Positions 21,584 to 32,407 of a stretch of DNA of 64,000 bases are shown piece by piece (the stretch's first letter is position 1; each line of letters begins with the position of its first letter). Source of the stretch: Waterburya sp. (GTDB lineage: Bacteria; Cyanobacteriota; Cyanobacteriia; Cyanobacteriales; Xenococcaceae); the NCBI GenBank assembly GCA_965217895.1, contig CBDCJV010000002.1, positions 416,001-480,000 on the forward strand, written 5' to 3'. The notes under the pieces are model-generated. The model saw only the letters and a list, made by a program, of their open reading frames with translations. It did not search any database and was not told where the DNA came from. Both the position numbers and the translations under genes were made by a program.

Positions 21584-21774
21584 AAAATTCCAGTAACGAT
21601 TTTGTTAAAATTTTTTGGCAATGAGTGTCTTATTTAAACGTATTATTAATAGTGCTGAACCTTTAATAATTTTCATGTTCTTATATCTGCACAGTAGCAT
21701 GAGCGGAGTAGCTAATTAGTTTTTAATTATTGCTACTATCGCTATTGATAAATAATACCTATATAATTATCTCT

Positions 21775-22491
21775 ATGTTTAACATTAGCTGGCTGACAAC
21801 AAGCCACTTGATTATGGTAGCTTTACTATTGGGTTTTGCGATCGCCCATAGTGGTTTGGCTGCTTTACGTCCTTGGGCTGAGAGTAAAATTGGTGCTAGG
21901 CTTTATCGAGTATTTTTTGCTTTGGTTAGTATTCCTTTTGCCACCATTTTAATCATCTATTTCTTTAATCATCGCTATGACGGGCTGCAATTATGGCACG
22001 TACAGGGAATACCAGGAGTTCAGTCTACGGTGTGGATACTGTCTTTTATTTCTTTTTTGTTCCTTTATCCTGCTACTTTTAACCTCCTCGAAATTGCTGC
22101 CGTCCAAAAGCCTCAAGTGTATCTATTTGAAACAGGAATCATTCGCATCACTCGCCATCCGCAGATGGTAGGACAGGTAATTTGGTGTGTGGCACATACA
22201 CTGTGGTTAGGAACAACTTTTACTATCGTCACATCCATCGGCTTAATTGCCCATCATCTATTTGCAGTGTGGCATGGCGATCGCCGTTTAGCAAAGAGAT
22301 ATGGGAAAGCTTTTGAGGTAGTAAAAGCCAGAACTTCGGTAATTCCTTTTTTAGCAGTAATTGATGGTCGTCAAGCTCTCAAGTGGCAAGAATTCCTCCG
22401 CCCTGCTTATGTAGGAGTTACGGCTTTTGTACTGCTGGTTTGGTGGGGACATCCCTGGCTGATGCAGGTAACTTCTAGGGCTTATTGGTAA
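21775..22491 (+). CDS. NnrU-family membrane protein, 15-cis-zeta-carotene isomerase (Z-ISO)
   Basis: HSGLAALR, FFNHRYDG, GIIRITRHPQMVGQ and WHGDRRL motifs. ORF track starts at 21730. Confidence 0.85.
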   Translation: MFNISWLTTSHLIMVALLLGFAIAHSGLAALRPWAESKIGARLYRVFFALVSIPFATILIIYFFNHRYDGLQLWHVQGIPGVQSTVWILSFISFLFLYPATFNLLEIAAVQKPQVYLFETGIIRITRHPQMVGQVIWCVAHTLWLGTTFTIVTSIGLIAHHLFAVWHGDRRLAKRYGKAFEVVKARTSVIPFLAVIDGRQALKWQEFLRPAYVGVTAFVLLVWWGHPWLMQVTSRAYW

Positions 22492-22616
22492 TATTATTAA
22501 AAATATTATTCAAATAATTTTAAAAAATTTTCTTTCTTGGCTTTTCAGGCGATCCCAATTAGATGTAGCATAGCTCAAAGTAGATCGAGTCAACTATTAA
22601 AAACCTTTATAAACTT

Positions 22617-22955
22617 ATGCCATCCGTAGTTAATGAAACCAATTTTCAACAAGAGGTTTTAGAGGCTTCACATCCTGTTTTGGTACATTTTTGGACTCCT
22701 TGGTGTGGTTTGTGCAAGTTAATCAAGCCGATGCTAGAAACAATTCAGGGAGACAGTGAGGAAGTAATTAAATTAGTTGCTATTAACGCTGACGAAAATT
22801 TTAAATTAGCCAATTTCTATCGCCTGAAAAGCTTGCCGACTATTATGCTATTTGATAATGGTGAATTAGTAGAGCAGTTAGATGGCTTTAACAGTCGCGA
22901 TCGCCTTCGCCTTGCTTTAGAAAGAATGATGAACAACACATTATCTCTTTCTTAG
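22617..22955 (+). CDS. trxC: Atypical thioredoxin (TrxC type)
   Basis: WCGLC active site in a thioredoxin fold. Confidence 0.8.
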   Translation: MPSVVNETNFQQEVLEASHPVLVHFWTPWCGLCKLIKPMLETIQGDSEEVIKLVAINADENFKLANFYRLKSLPTIMLFDNGELVEQLDGFNSRDRLRLALERMMNNTLSLS

Positions 22956-22966
22956 ATATATATAAG

Positions 22967-23383
22967 TTAATTAAATAACTCAAAGACCTGACGGCAAAAT
23001 AGCTTAAGCTGTTGTTCGGCATCTTCTGCTGGCTGGCATTGACCAACACATTCCCAACTATCCACCGTCGAAAATTTCCAGGCTTCACCAAGATAACTAA
23101 AGCCACTGGTTTCGATGCCAATAAACTTTTCCTTCTCTTCAGTGGGATCTTTGTAAAAGCGAATCTGAACTAAAATGCTGTTGCTTTGATAACGTCTACT
23201 CCAGCCAGGAAAATGAAACCCGATATCAATCGAGTCAGGATCGACTAGTTCTAAAGTGTCAGGATCATTTGTCCAAGGTTTGAGATCGGCTTTGGCATCA
23301 GGAAACTGTGTCTTAAACAAAGTAACTACAGAGGCAATTTTTGTCGTAATGTTTAAACCTTTAGCTCTTTCCGATGCGTTCAT
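22967..23383 (-). CDS. Conserved cyanobacterial-type hypothetical protein
   Basis: 138-aa ORF with DLKPW..DPDT...DPDSIDIGFHFPG. Confidence 0.7.
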   Translation of the reverse strand: MNASERAKGLNITTKIASVVTLFKTQFPDAKADLKPWTNDPDTLELVDPDSIDIGFHFPGWSRRYQSNSILVQIRFYKDPTEEKEKFIGIETSGFSYLGEAWKFSTVDSWECVGQCQPAEDAEQQLKLFCRQVFELFN

Positions 23384-23702
23384 GCTTAACCTTTTCTGAT
23401 TGATCTTTATTTAATATTTAAACACTGTTTATCTATTAAGATCGGCTCTTGCGAGGTCTTATAGATATCCTCAAATTATAGAGGTTAGCAATTAGGCTTT
23501 TTACTCCCATATTGTATTCATCATTAAGATGAACAAGCGTAATCTTCCCTCTCTTTTTTTCCACAAGCCTCGTGCTTAAAAAGCGTAAAATTACGCAACT
23601 ATTAATATTCTGTCTAAATTTTTAGTTAAATAATTGCCAAAACAGGAACTTATCTCCTAGAAATCAACTCCAGTTAAGTAGCAATCTTTTTGGTACTAGT
23701 AT

Positions 23703-24221
23703 TTGTTCTTGATTATGCTAAATGCTGACTTTAGTTCATCTAAATTAAATAAAATATTTATTCGTATTGTAAGCAGTAGTCTACTAGCCACTATTAGTCT
23801 AATAGGTGGCGTTGCTCCTGAAATATCTAGGAGTCATGAAAACGATAAAGGATGGCGATCGCTTTCTATCTCTTTTTCTAATCAGGCATCTGCTCAACAA
23901 TTCACCCCTGAAGAAACAACAAACTATGCTAAAGCAGGATATCAGGTAGAGTTACTTAGAAGACAAGTCTACAAAGAAATTAAAACTAAAATTAACCAGC
24001 CACCACCAAACATAGCTTGTGACCAAGAAGAAACCTTGACAAATTTGAATCCGAGTATACGTCAAATTGCCGATCGCTATTGCAATCAATCTCAGCAAAT
24101 TGTGCAACAGAACAATCTCAGCATTAATCGCTTTAATGAGTTAAAAACTTATTACGATCGCCAAGGAGATTTTTATCAACAGGTGCAAAACATTTTGCTG
24201 AAGCTGCAAAACCAAAACTAA
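23703..24221 (+). CDS. Exported protein, DUF4168-like
   Basis: Signal-like N-terminus; YCNQSQQIVQQNNLSINRFNEL. Confidence 0.65.
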   Translation: MFLIMLNADFSSSKLNKIFIRIVSSSLLATISLIGGVAPEISRSHENDKGWRSLSISFSNQASAQQFTPEETTNYAKAGYQVELLRRQVYKEIKTKINQPPPNIACDQEETLTNLNPSIRQIADRYCNQSQQIVQQNNLSINRFNELKTYYDRQGDFYQQVQNILLKLQNQN

Positions 24222-24332
24222 CCCTCCCAGCCTCTGATAATACTAGTTTTAAAAGGTAGTTTAAAGGCTTAGAGCATATAGCTTAAAGCTTAGAGCTACC
24301 CCAACTTTTAATCAACTCAGCTAAAACTGACC

Positions 24333-25658
24333 TTAGAGTAGAGCGGTTGCTCTCTCTGCCAAACTCGATCGCTCTCCTTTGGTTAAAGTAATATGACCAG
24401 CTAGAGGTTCATGTTTAAATCTTTCAACAACATAGGTTAGCCCATTGCTAGCAGCATCAATATAAGGATTATCAATCTGATCGGGGTCGCCAGTTAAAAC
24501 TACTTTAGTTCCTTCTCCTGCGCGAGTAATAATAGTTTTTACCTCATGGGGAGTCAGGTTTTGAGCTTCGTCAATAATTAAAAACTGCTGGGGAATAGTG
24601 CGTCCACGAATATAGGTTAAAGGTTCGATCTGCAAGATGCCCATTTCAATCAATTCTTCGTGTCCTCTGCGCCAATGTCCAGCCTTGACAGCGGTTTCTT
24701 GTGTACCAAATATGAGATCAAAATTATCGTAAAGAGGCTGCATCCAGGGAGTAAGCTTTTCGTTGATGTCTCCAGGCAGAAAGCCAATATCTTTTCCCAT
24801 GGGTACTACTGGACGAGAGATCAGCAAACGAGTATAGAGTTTTTCGTCGGCGACCTTTTGTAGACCTGCGGCGATCGCCAGTAAAGTTTTGCCTGTTCCT
24901 GCTTTGCCTACTAGAGTAACTAGCTTAATCGAATCCTGTAAGAGTAAATTTAGGGCAAATCTTTGTTCTCGGTTGCGGGGTTGAATCCGCGATACCCCAA
25001 GCTTAGGTAAAGCAGCTAAATGAATAATCTTATTACTTTTGCCTTCTATCATTCCTAATGCTGTGTGGGAAGGATTGGTATTATCTACTAAGGTAATGTC
25101 TTGATTGGGCAAAAATTCTCCTGTCAAAGTAATTGAGCCAGCTTGAAAAAATTCACCAATTTGTTCTGAATTGACTAGCACTTCAGTACTACCAGTATAA
25201 AGCTCATCTACATCTACTTTGTCGGTTTCATAGTCTTCCGCATTTAGCCCTAAAGCATCGGCTTTAATCCGTAGATTTGTATCTTTGCTGACTACTATTA
25301 CAGGACATTGACACCTTTGTTTACACTGCATCCCCACTGCCAGAATAGAATTATCCGCAACACCGCCATCCAATTCAGGGGGTAATTCTTTGAGAGTATG
25401 GCGATCGCTTAATGCCACTCGTAAAGTTCCTCCGTTGCTTAATTTTACTCCTGTAGTTAGATGACCCTGCTGGCGCAAATTATCTAAAGTACGAGATACT
25501 TCTCTAGCATTACGACCAGTCATTTCTGGCTGTTTTTTAAAGCGATCTAATTCTTCGATAACGGCGATCGGTAACACTATTTCGTTATCTTCAAAACGCA
25601 AAATAGCCGTGGGATCGTGAAGTATGACATTAGTATCTACAACAAAAATTTTTTTCAT
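24333..25658 (-). CDS. PIN-PhoH (PhoH2-type) protein
   Basis: PIN part VVDTNVILHDP and SKDTNLRIKA; PhoH part GKAGTGKT, IRGRTI and IIDEAQN. Confidence 0.9.
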   Translation of the reverse strand: MKKIFVVDTNVILHDPTAILRFEDNEIVLPIAVIEELDRFKKQPEMTGRNAREVSRTLDNLRQQGHLTTGVKLSNGGTLRVALSDRHTLKELPPELDGGVADNSILAVGMQCKQRCQCPVIVVSKDTNLRIKADALGLNAEDYETDKVDVDELYTGSTEVLVNSEQIGEFFQAGSITLTGEFLPNQDITLVDNTNPSHTALGMIEGKSNKIIHLAALPKLGVSRIQPRNREQRFALNLLLQDSIKLVTLVGKAGTGKTLLAIAAGLQKVADEKLYTRLLISRPVVPMGKDIGFLPGDINEKLTPWMQPLYDNFDLIFGTQETAVKAGHWRRGHEELIEMGILQIEPLTYIRGRTIPQQFLIIDEAQNLTPHEVKTIITRAGEGTKVVLTGDPDQIDNPYIDAASNGLTYVVERFKHEPLAGHITLTKGERSSLAERATALL

Positions 25659-25850
25659 TCATTACATGAACTTATTTAATAATCCTCCAATGTTCATCAT
25701 TATTACATTAAGAGAGGAAGCAGACAGTTTGTTAGTGGAGGGGAGCATAAATAAAGTAACCGTTAAATAAGCTGTCAAAGCCTATAAATCAATACTTATT
25801 ACTCCCTGCGGGCGGGTATCCCTTGGTTACTTACGCGCAGCGGTACTAGT

Positions 25851-27185
25851 CTAGTGAACCGCTTTGTGAAGATTGTCTTTTTGCCACTGTAAACCAATTA
25901 GCATGGCGGTAAACAGCATATAGCCAGGTTCTTCCATTTGCGTAAAAATTAGACCAACAGCAAAAACAACTAACATAAAAAACTTTGATAATTCGTTGGA
26001 ACAGAGATTATGCCAGACGATAAAAGCTAAATACAAATATGAACCCAGTCCTACCAATCCCAAATCTCCCCAAATACCAGCCCAGCTAAAAAAAGGATGA
26101 TATAAAGTAGATTCCAAAGCAATCCAATTTTGATAATAGGCGTTCCAAGCATCTGTGGTTGCAGGGTGGGCTGTAGCGTGTAAAGGAACAAATATAATCG
26201 AGTAATCTTTGAGAAACCAGCCTGCTAGCCTACCAAAAGTATGACCTGGACCAAGACCAAAAAACCAGTTTAAGACAGATTTATAGTAAGAAATGGCAAT
26301 TCTAAAGGGTGCAGTTTTGATTTCTCTAGCTGCTCCACCAGGGCCCCATTCACTAAACTTATCCATTCCATTTTTAAACGCACTAAATGCCTCTACATTT
26401 TCTACACACCAAGAGAAAATAATTAGGAGAATAATTAAGGCGAATAAATAGCTTAAAGTTTTTCGCAGATCTTTTAAATTTATAAAAGTTAAAATAATAA
26501 AAGCTAGTCCACAACAGATGAGTATTTGTTTGGAGTCAGAAATTATTAACTGAACAAAAGCAACTCCCAACCAAGTCAATCGAAACCAAAGAGGCGCTTT
26601 TTTGTAAAAAAACAAATAATATAAGCCAAATTTTATCGAAACAGATGTAGAAACATAGTTACCGGCTCCTGATACAAAAAAAACTCCCTGGGCACCATCG
26701 GTTCCATCAAAACCGTCTGCATAAAGATAGCCAGAATCAATTAATGGTTTTTGAATTAAAGCTAACACCATATTAATTGAAGCAGATACAAACAGAAATC
26801 GTTGAAAATATTCAATTTTGGCTAACGATAAAGGTATAGAGACTATTGCCAAAAGCAGCATAAAAGGCTCTGCAAGTAAAATATAATCTACAACTACATT
26901 AATGACACCAGCCTCATTTACCAATCCACTAATAATAACTACTATCAAAAAAATAAATAGACCGACGACGAGCTTTTGAGAAATAATAATATGCTTGGGA
27001 ATTTTAACTTTTGTATGAGTTAAAGCAATAAACAAAGTAAATGGAACAGTAATAAAGTGAAGAAAATTTATTACTGAGGGAAACCCTATTGCTGCCAGCA
27101 GACGGGGATAGAAAGCAGTGGCAAAAGATAATAAAATAAGCGTTGATATTGCCAGAGAGCTTTTCTGTTTTTTAGAAGTAAGCAT
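25851..27185 (-). CDS. Multi-TM polysaccharide polymerase/ligase-like protein (Wzy-like)
   Basis: About 10-11 hydrophobic segments and a late loop with FGLGPG; last gene of a glycosyltransferase run. Confidence 0.55.
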   Translation of the reverse strand: MLTSKKQKSSLAISTLILLSFATAFYPRLLAAIGFPSVINFLHFITVPFTLFIALTHTKVKIPKHIIISQKLVVGLFIFLIVVIISGLVNEAGVINVVVDYILLAEPFMLLLAIVSIPLSLAKIEYFQRFLFVSASINMVLALIQKPLIDSGYLYADGFDGTDGAQGVFFVSGAGNYVSTSVSIKFGLYYLFFYKKAPLWFRLTWLGVAFVQLIISDSKQILICCGLAFIILTFINLKDLRKTLSYLFALIILLIIFSWCVENVEAFSAFKNGMDKFSEWGPGGAAREIKTAPFRIAISYYKSVLNWFFGLGPGHTFGRLAGWFLKDYSIIFVPLHATAHPATTDAWNAYYQNWIALESTLYHPFFSWAGIWGDLGLVGLGSYLYLAFIVWHNLCSNELSKFFMLVVFAVGLIFTQMEEPGYMLFTAMLIGLQWQKDNLHKAVH

Positions 27186-27209
27186 AATACATTTTTAAGA
27201 TTATTTTAT

Positions 27210-28139
27210 TCATAATCTCTGCATATAAAAAGAATAACCACTCGGTTCAAAGTGTTGATATTTACAAATAGAATTATAAGCTTCAATTATAAGGGTTGAT
27301 TTTTTCATTAAATAATAAATTGGCATTTCTACGGTAAATGCTGTGTTGAATCGCAGGAAATTTTCCAAATAATATTGCTCATTCCAAAATCTTTTTTCAT
27401 TTACATACCAGTCCAAAGGATAATGGTAGGGAGAGCAAATATCATGTATATGTACGTAAACTCCTCGACCTATATTGGGATATATTTCTTCAAATAAATA
27501 TTCTACGTCGCTGCCAAATTTATAAACGTGGCTAGAATCAACAAATAATAAATCTGATTCTTTGAGATTAGAAAATAAACTTAAAGATACATCTTGTAGA
27601 CCTATAGGCATCGCTTCTAAATCGATCCCTTCTATTATTCTATTTTGAAAATCAAAGCGATTATAAGGATCTATCGAAACAAAGTTAGTTTTAATTCCAG
27701 TTGCTTTGTAGTTATCTTCCAAAGCAGCTAAGGAGATACTAGTAGAGACTCCTTGTCCTACTTCAACCAGGGACTTTGGTTGAATCTCGCGCAAGAAGCA
27801 GTATAAAAAGATAGCGTCAAGTCCTCTAAAATAGTAGTTGATTTCTTGATATCCATATTTGCTGGCAGATTCAAAAAATTCACCTCCCCACCTTTTTAAT
27901 AGCTGCACCATCTTTTGTTCAGCGCGTTCAAAGTTGAAATTAATTTGGTGACAAGACCGCGGTTTGTCTTGATAGTTTTTGGCAATTTCTTTTGTATTGG
28001 GAATTGGTTCATAGAAATGATCGCCTAATACATGAAATCCCAAACTTTCTAGAGATGTAAAAAATTTGCGACTAAGATAACGTTGAATGGCATTTTTTTC
28101 GTTTAAAGCTTTGTATATTTTTTCTTTTGAAAGGTTCAT
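27210..28139 (-). CDS. Class I SAM methyltransferase (Methyltransf_24-like)
   Basis: VEVGQGVST, LFVDSSH, HIHDI and WNEQYYL motifs. Confidence 0.8.
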   Translation of the reverse strand: MNLSKEKIYKALNEKNAIQRYLSRKFFTSLESLGFHVLGDHFYEPIPNTKEIAKNYQDKPRSCHQINFNFERAEQKMVQLLKRWGGEFFESASKYGYQEINYYFRGLDAIFLYCFLREIQPKSLVEVGQGVSTSISLAALEDNYKATGIKTNFVSIDPYNRFDFQNRIIEGIDLEAMPIGLQDVSLSLFSNLKESDLLFVDSSHVYKFGSDVEYLFEEIYPNIGRGVYVHIHDICSPYHYPLDWYVNEKRFWNEQYYLENFLRFNTAFTVEMPIYYLMKKSTLIIEAYNSICKYQHFEPSGYSFYMQRL

Positions 28140-28234
28140 AATTAAATTTTCTCAAAACAACTTTTGAACAAATTTTTTGTTTGTAAATACAGTTAAAAGC
28201 TATGAAACTCAAGCTAAAATGAAACTTATATGGT

Positions 28235-30160
28235 TTACTTTTTACTCTGATGAGTTGGTGAACGATAAAGCTCCATAGTGAACAACTCAGGAGAAGCCAT
28301 TAATTCTTGTTTTTGACCATTGTGAATTTCAAGTGTCTGTAGTCGTCTAGCTTTGCCTAATGCCCAAGCATATTGTACATATGAGGCCGATAAAGAAGAA
28401 TTTTTGGTAATAAAATAAGGTACGGTTGGTTGATATTCATCAGAACCAAAGTGATCGCGGAAAAAACCACCTAGAATTTCGGTTTGTCCTTGATTTTCAG
28501 TAATAACATGAATTGCAGGTGCTTCGGTTTTCATGCCTAACACCCATAATTTTGCACCATTGTTGATCCCATAAGTAACTTGAGGGTCTGATTGTCCTGG
28601 AGTAAAAGGATTATTTTCGGGATTCCATTGTCGCAGCCAAGCAGAACCTTTACCCTTTAATTGCACTTCACCGAGCCATTCATCAACATAAATCTTTCCT
28701 GACCAATCATCAGTTGTGCTAATTTTACCACGAACTATGCTTTCTGAATACTTCACATATACTAAGCGATTGGTCGCTACTTCTATGCCATTAGATTGAC
28801 GAGGCCAAGTAGATAACTTTAAGCTTTCAATTTCGAGTGAATCTTTAGTTTTACCTGTTAAACGCAACATAGCTCGATCGCCAAAGCGATCGAGCATAAA
28901 ATCAGGCACGATGATATTTCCATCGGCATTTTTGTGAGCTATAATTCGCTTTACGGTTGCCGGGACTTCGATGGTATCGGCAATTTTATAGGTGACGTTA
29001 CCTGGAAAAAAGATCGTTTTAGCACCCGAATTCATGGCATTTTGTATTGCCTGAGTATCGTCTTCTTGGGAACTATCAGGAATCAGCCAATTTGTAGCTG
29101 GTTCTAAATAGGGTGCAGGAGGCTGTTCGATTGTTAATTTTAGATGTCCCTGTTGGCTTGGAGGTACAACTTTAGAAAAACTACTCCATTGCTCATCTAT
29201 TTGCTGGCGATCGCTCAATTTACCTTTTTCTTTGAGGGCAGCAGCATAATTACCATCGGTTTGGATTTGGCGTAAATAATAAGGACTATCTGCTTCAATT
29301 GCGGCTATGCCAGGAGGCATATCTGACAGACCATTCAAACGGGCATTAATCAAAATTAAATGAGCCAGGGGATCGGAATTGCTGTGGATGGCAGGGACTC
29401 TATTTTCGCTGGTCAGACCTTCAATAGAAACGGGCTGATTGTTTTCTAATCCAACTATATTTTGTTGTTTCAAACTGATGTTATAAAAGACAGCATTAGA
29501 AGGTTCGCTAGGAGTTTTAATACCAGTATCAAAGCCTTCTACTGTTAGGTTGGCGATCGTACCTGGTCCAAATTCTGTTTCTGATAAATCTAGCCCTATA
29601 GTGCCAGCCAGATCTTCAGATTTGATAACAACGTTGTCGATCGCTCCATTATTATGAGTACTGTATTGGATTCCAATTGCCTTGGTGTTTCCTTTGCCAG
29701 TATCAACAGTTAGATCTCTTATATAAACACCAAATGTCTGGTTGTTGTTGTACATACTGCGTAGTACAGGTTTAGGAGCTTGTGAAAATGCCATACTTGC
29801 GTCTTTTAAACGAATAATTGTTTTGTTTTTAGCTGCTCCTTGAATTGTTTTTAATCGACCTATTTGAATTGTATCGCTGACCAAATAAGTTCCTTGAGGA
29901 AAATAAACTACCTGATAATCTCGACTGGTAGAATCGATCGCTTTTTGCAGGGCAAGAGTATCATCAGTGATCCCGTCACCTTTTGCTCCAAAATCTTTGA
30001 CATTTATCAAATCGCTACTGGCGGGAAATTCTATTTCACTATTTGCTAAAGCTGGTTGAATTGTCTGCATAATTTTGATCCAAGCAAACTTAGCCAGAAA
30101 AATTATCAATATACTTAATAAAAACCAGGCTATTATTTTTTTCGATTTGGCTAAAGACAT
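28235..30160 (-). CDS. Membrane-anchored beta-helix glycanase (pectate-lyase-3/GH55-like)
   Basis: NVKDFGAKGDGITDDTLALQKAI..VYFPQGTY and a second DDTQAIQNAM..IFFPG repeat; N-terminal TM. Confidence 0.75.
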   Translation of the reverse strand: MSLAKSKKIIAWFLLSILIIFLAKFAWIKIMQTIQPALANSEIEFPASSDLINVKDFGAKGDGITDDTLALQKAIDSTSRDYQVVYFPQGTYLVSDTIQIGRLKTIQGAAKNKTIIRLKDASMAFSQAPKPVLRSMYNNNQTFGVYIRDLTVDTGKGNTKAIGIQYSTHNNGAIDNVVIKSEDLAGTIGLDLSETEFGPGTIANLTVEGFDTGIKTPSEPSNAVFYNISLKQQNIVGLENNQPVSIEGLTSENRVPAIHSNSDPLAHLILINARLNGLSDMPPGIAAIEADSPYYLRQIQTDGNYAAALKEKGKLSDRQQIDEQWSSFSKVVPPSQQGHLKLTIEQPPAPYLEPATNWLIPDSSQEDDTQAIQNAMNSGAKTIFFPGNVTYKIADTIEVPATVKRIIAHKNADGNIIVPDFMLDRFGDRAMLRLTGKTKDSLEIESLKLSTWPRQSNGIEVATNRLVYVKYSESIVRGKISTTDDWSGKIYVDEWLGEVQLKGKGSAWLRQWNPENNPFTPGQSDPQVTYGINNGAKLWVLGMKTEAPAIHVITENQGQTEILGGFFRDHFGSDEYQPTVPYFITKNSSLSASYVQYAWALGKARRLQTLEIHNGQKQELMASPELFTMELYRSPTHQSKK

Positions 30161-30171
30161 TAATTACCTCC

Positions 30172-31269
30172 TTAAACACCAAACATATATTTAGCAATTA
30201 ATTTTTGTCTGTTTAACTGAGCTACAATCCACCAGCTAAAGGCAAAAGTCAGCCCAGAATAAACTAGCATTGATGCAATCGAAACTTGTTCTGTCAAGTT
30301 TGGTAAGACTTGAGCAATAATTATTTCAATAAAACTTTTAACTAAAGGATGGATTAAATAAATACCAAAAGAACAAGCTCCTAAATTGATTATTAAGACA
30401 TCTTCTTTAATTTTTCCTGATATGGCTATAGCAAATAATAACAGAGAATAAGCCACGATAATTTCTATTAACGCTTCAGAAAAAAAGTTTTTAGCAATAA
30501 CGTTTGCCACCATAAAAACTAGAATGAACAAAATAATTGTCGTTGTTTTATTAATAATCCGATTGGATACGTTAGCAAGCCAGTAATTTATACACATTGC
30601 TACTAATAAATATGGCAAGCATCTTAAAATCCAGGCTAATTCTACCAAAATAAATCTGGCAACTGCATAATTTGCTTTGTGAGCAGAAAATAGAGCTAAA
30701 ATTTCTGGGAAGGCAATATCAGAACCTAAAATAAATGAATTATTGCTAACCAGCATTAAATGATATAGTACGATGCTCGCTATCGATAAAACAACTAACC
30801 ATTTGATATTTATATTTTTAGACTTCAGATATTTTCCTAAAAACAAGACACAATAACCTGTAAATAATAAAGGAATAAAATATAGATGATATGAAATACC
30901 TCCAAAAAAAATAATTGCCAAAGGATCTTGTAAAAGACTTTTAATAGTTTCGGTTTGATTGGTTGCCGAAAAAATAACTATTTTAGAAATCAAGTAAAGT
31001 AGACTCCAGACTGTATAAGGTATTAATATACGTTCAATTCTAGATAACCAAAATTGCTGAGAAATATTTATCTTTGGTTTGCAAGTTGTAAAATAAAAAG
31101 ATGTTGCTAAAAAAAAAGGCACAGCAAAGTAAAAAAAATGTCTAAATTCTGCTGCTAATGGCTCTACGGGAATTCCCCAAGTTTCATCTCCAGAATGAAC
31201 TAAGATTACCGCGTAAGAAGCTATACCTCGACATAAATCAATTCCTAATAGCCTTCGTTTTGTTTTCAT
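30172..31269 (-). CDS. Acyltransferase-3 (OafA-like) membrane O-acyltransferase
   Basis: GIDLCRGIA..VILVH, AVPFF, RILIPY and SFGIYLIH motifs. Confidence 0.85.
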   Translation of the reverse strand: MKTKRRLLGIDLCRGIASYAVILVHSGDETWGIPVEPLAAEFRHFFYFAVPFFLATSFYFTTCKPKINISQQFWLSRIERILIPYTVWSLLYLISKIVIFSATNQTETIKSLLQDPLAIIFFGGISYHLYFIPLLFTGYCVLFLGKYLKSKNINIKWLVVLSIASIVLYHLMLVSNNSFILGSDIAFPEILALFSAHKANYAVARFILVELAWILRCLPYLLVAMCINYWLANVSNRIINKTTTIILFILVFMVANVIAKNFFSEALIEIIVAYSLLLFAIAISGKIKEDVLIINLGACSFGIYLIHPLVKSFIEIIIAQVLPNLTEQVSIASMLVYSGLTFAFSWWIVAQLNRQKLIAKYMFGV

Positions 31270-31280
31270 AAATAAAATTA

Positions 31281-32405
31281 TTAAATTAATTGAGCATAAA
31301 AATCAATATATTGCTGGGCTATTTTTGATTTACTAAAACGATAATTATTTAAATTATTATCTGGATTAGATTGATTTAAAGTACTGGCGATCGCCTTAGA
31401 TAAATTTGCAACAGAATCTCCTTCTAACTGAAAATATGTGCAATTATTAGCACCAATTTCACGAAAAATAGGAATATCAGTACAAACTACTTTAGAAGCA
31501 AAATAAATAGCTTCGGCTAAGGGCAAACAAAATCCTTCAGTAGATGATGAAATAGCAAACAGTTTGCAGTTTTGATATAGCCAAGTTAAGCTACTATCGT
31601 TAATTGATGATTCTAACAATACTAATTCTTGCAAGGCAAAATGATCGATTAAATTATGAAGCTTTTCCGTTTCTGGCCCTGTAGCACCAATAATAATTAG
31701 TTTAGTTTGGGCTGTTATCTGACTACTATTTCTGAGCTTAACATAGGCTTTAATCAGCAGATCTAAATTTTTGTTTTGCCGATGCTGTCCTACACACAGC
31801 AAAAAAGAGTCAATATACTTTAAATCAATATTTTTGGGAATAGCTGGGGTAACTTGAGAAAAATCTACGCAATTGTAAATTACAGTGGTAGGTTTTTGCG
31901 AACTAATTTTTGGTAAGTATCGATCTAAATTTTTTAAAGTAATTTGCGAAACACAACTTAGACCATCACTATTTTCAATACATTGCTTGAGAAACCAACG
32001 ATTAAACCAAACATTAGGATAACCAAAGTTTTCTGGACATTCGTAGGGATAAAAATCATGAATAGTAGTCACTACAGGACAAGAAAATAAAGATCGCCAA
32101 AAGGGAATCGGAAATGATAAATGAACCAAATCGGGACATAGGTGATTTGTTAGTTTGGCTAATCCCCACACAAACCAAATATTTCGCGATAAAGAACTAT
32201 TTTTAAGCTCGATGCTGACTAGATCGATCTTGGGTGAATCTAATACAAAAGATGTTTTGAAATAATCTAGTTGCCATGCTCCAATGACGAGAGTTATCTT
32301 ATCTACTTCGTTGGTATTGGCAAGACACTGTGCCAAATTGACGGCGTGTCTGCAAACTCCAGTGGGCTTAATTGGTCTATGCAATGCAGCAATTAAAATG
32401 TGCAT
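31281..32405 (-). CDS. GT4 glycosyltransferase
   Basis: TIHD, KNLDLLIKA and EGFCLPLAEA motifs. Confidence 0.88.
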   Translation of the reverse strand: MHILIAALHRPIKPTGVCRHAVNLAQCLANTNEVDKITLVIGAWQLDYFKTSFVLDSPKIDLVSIELKNSSLSRNIWFVWGLAKLTNHLCPDLVHLSFPIPFWRSLFSCPVVTTIHDFYPYECPENFGYPNVWFNRWFLKQCIENSDGLSCVSQITLKNLDRYLPKISSQKPTTVIYNCVDFSQVTPAIPKNIDLKYIDSFLLCVGQHRQNKNLDLLIKAYVKLRNSSQITAQTKLIIIGATGPETEKLHNLIDHFALQELVLLESSINDSSLTWLYQNCKLFAISSSTEGFCLPLAEAIYFASKVVCTDIPIFREIGANNCTYFQLEGDSVANLSKAIASTLNQSNPDNNLNNYRFSKSKIAQQYIDFYAQLI

Positions 32406-32407
32406 TT

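Noticed and set aside
25410..29200. HIP1-free stretches (here and 60.9-64 kb) as evidence of horizontal transfer
   Set aside because: By eye, a similar gap of about 3.3 kb covers the core gene lepA (14.8-18.1 kb), so gaps of this size are not diagnostic without statistics.
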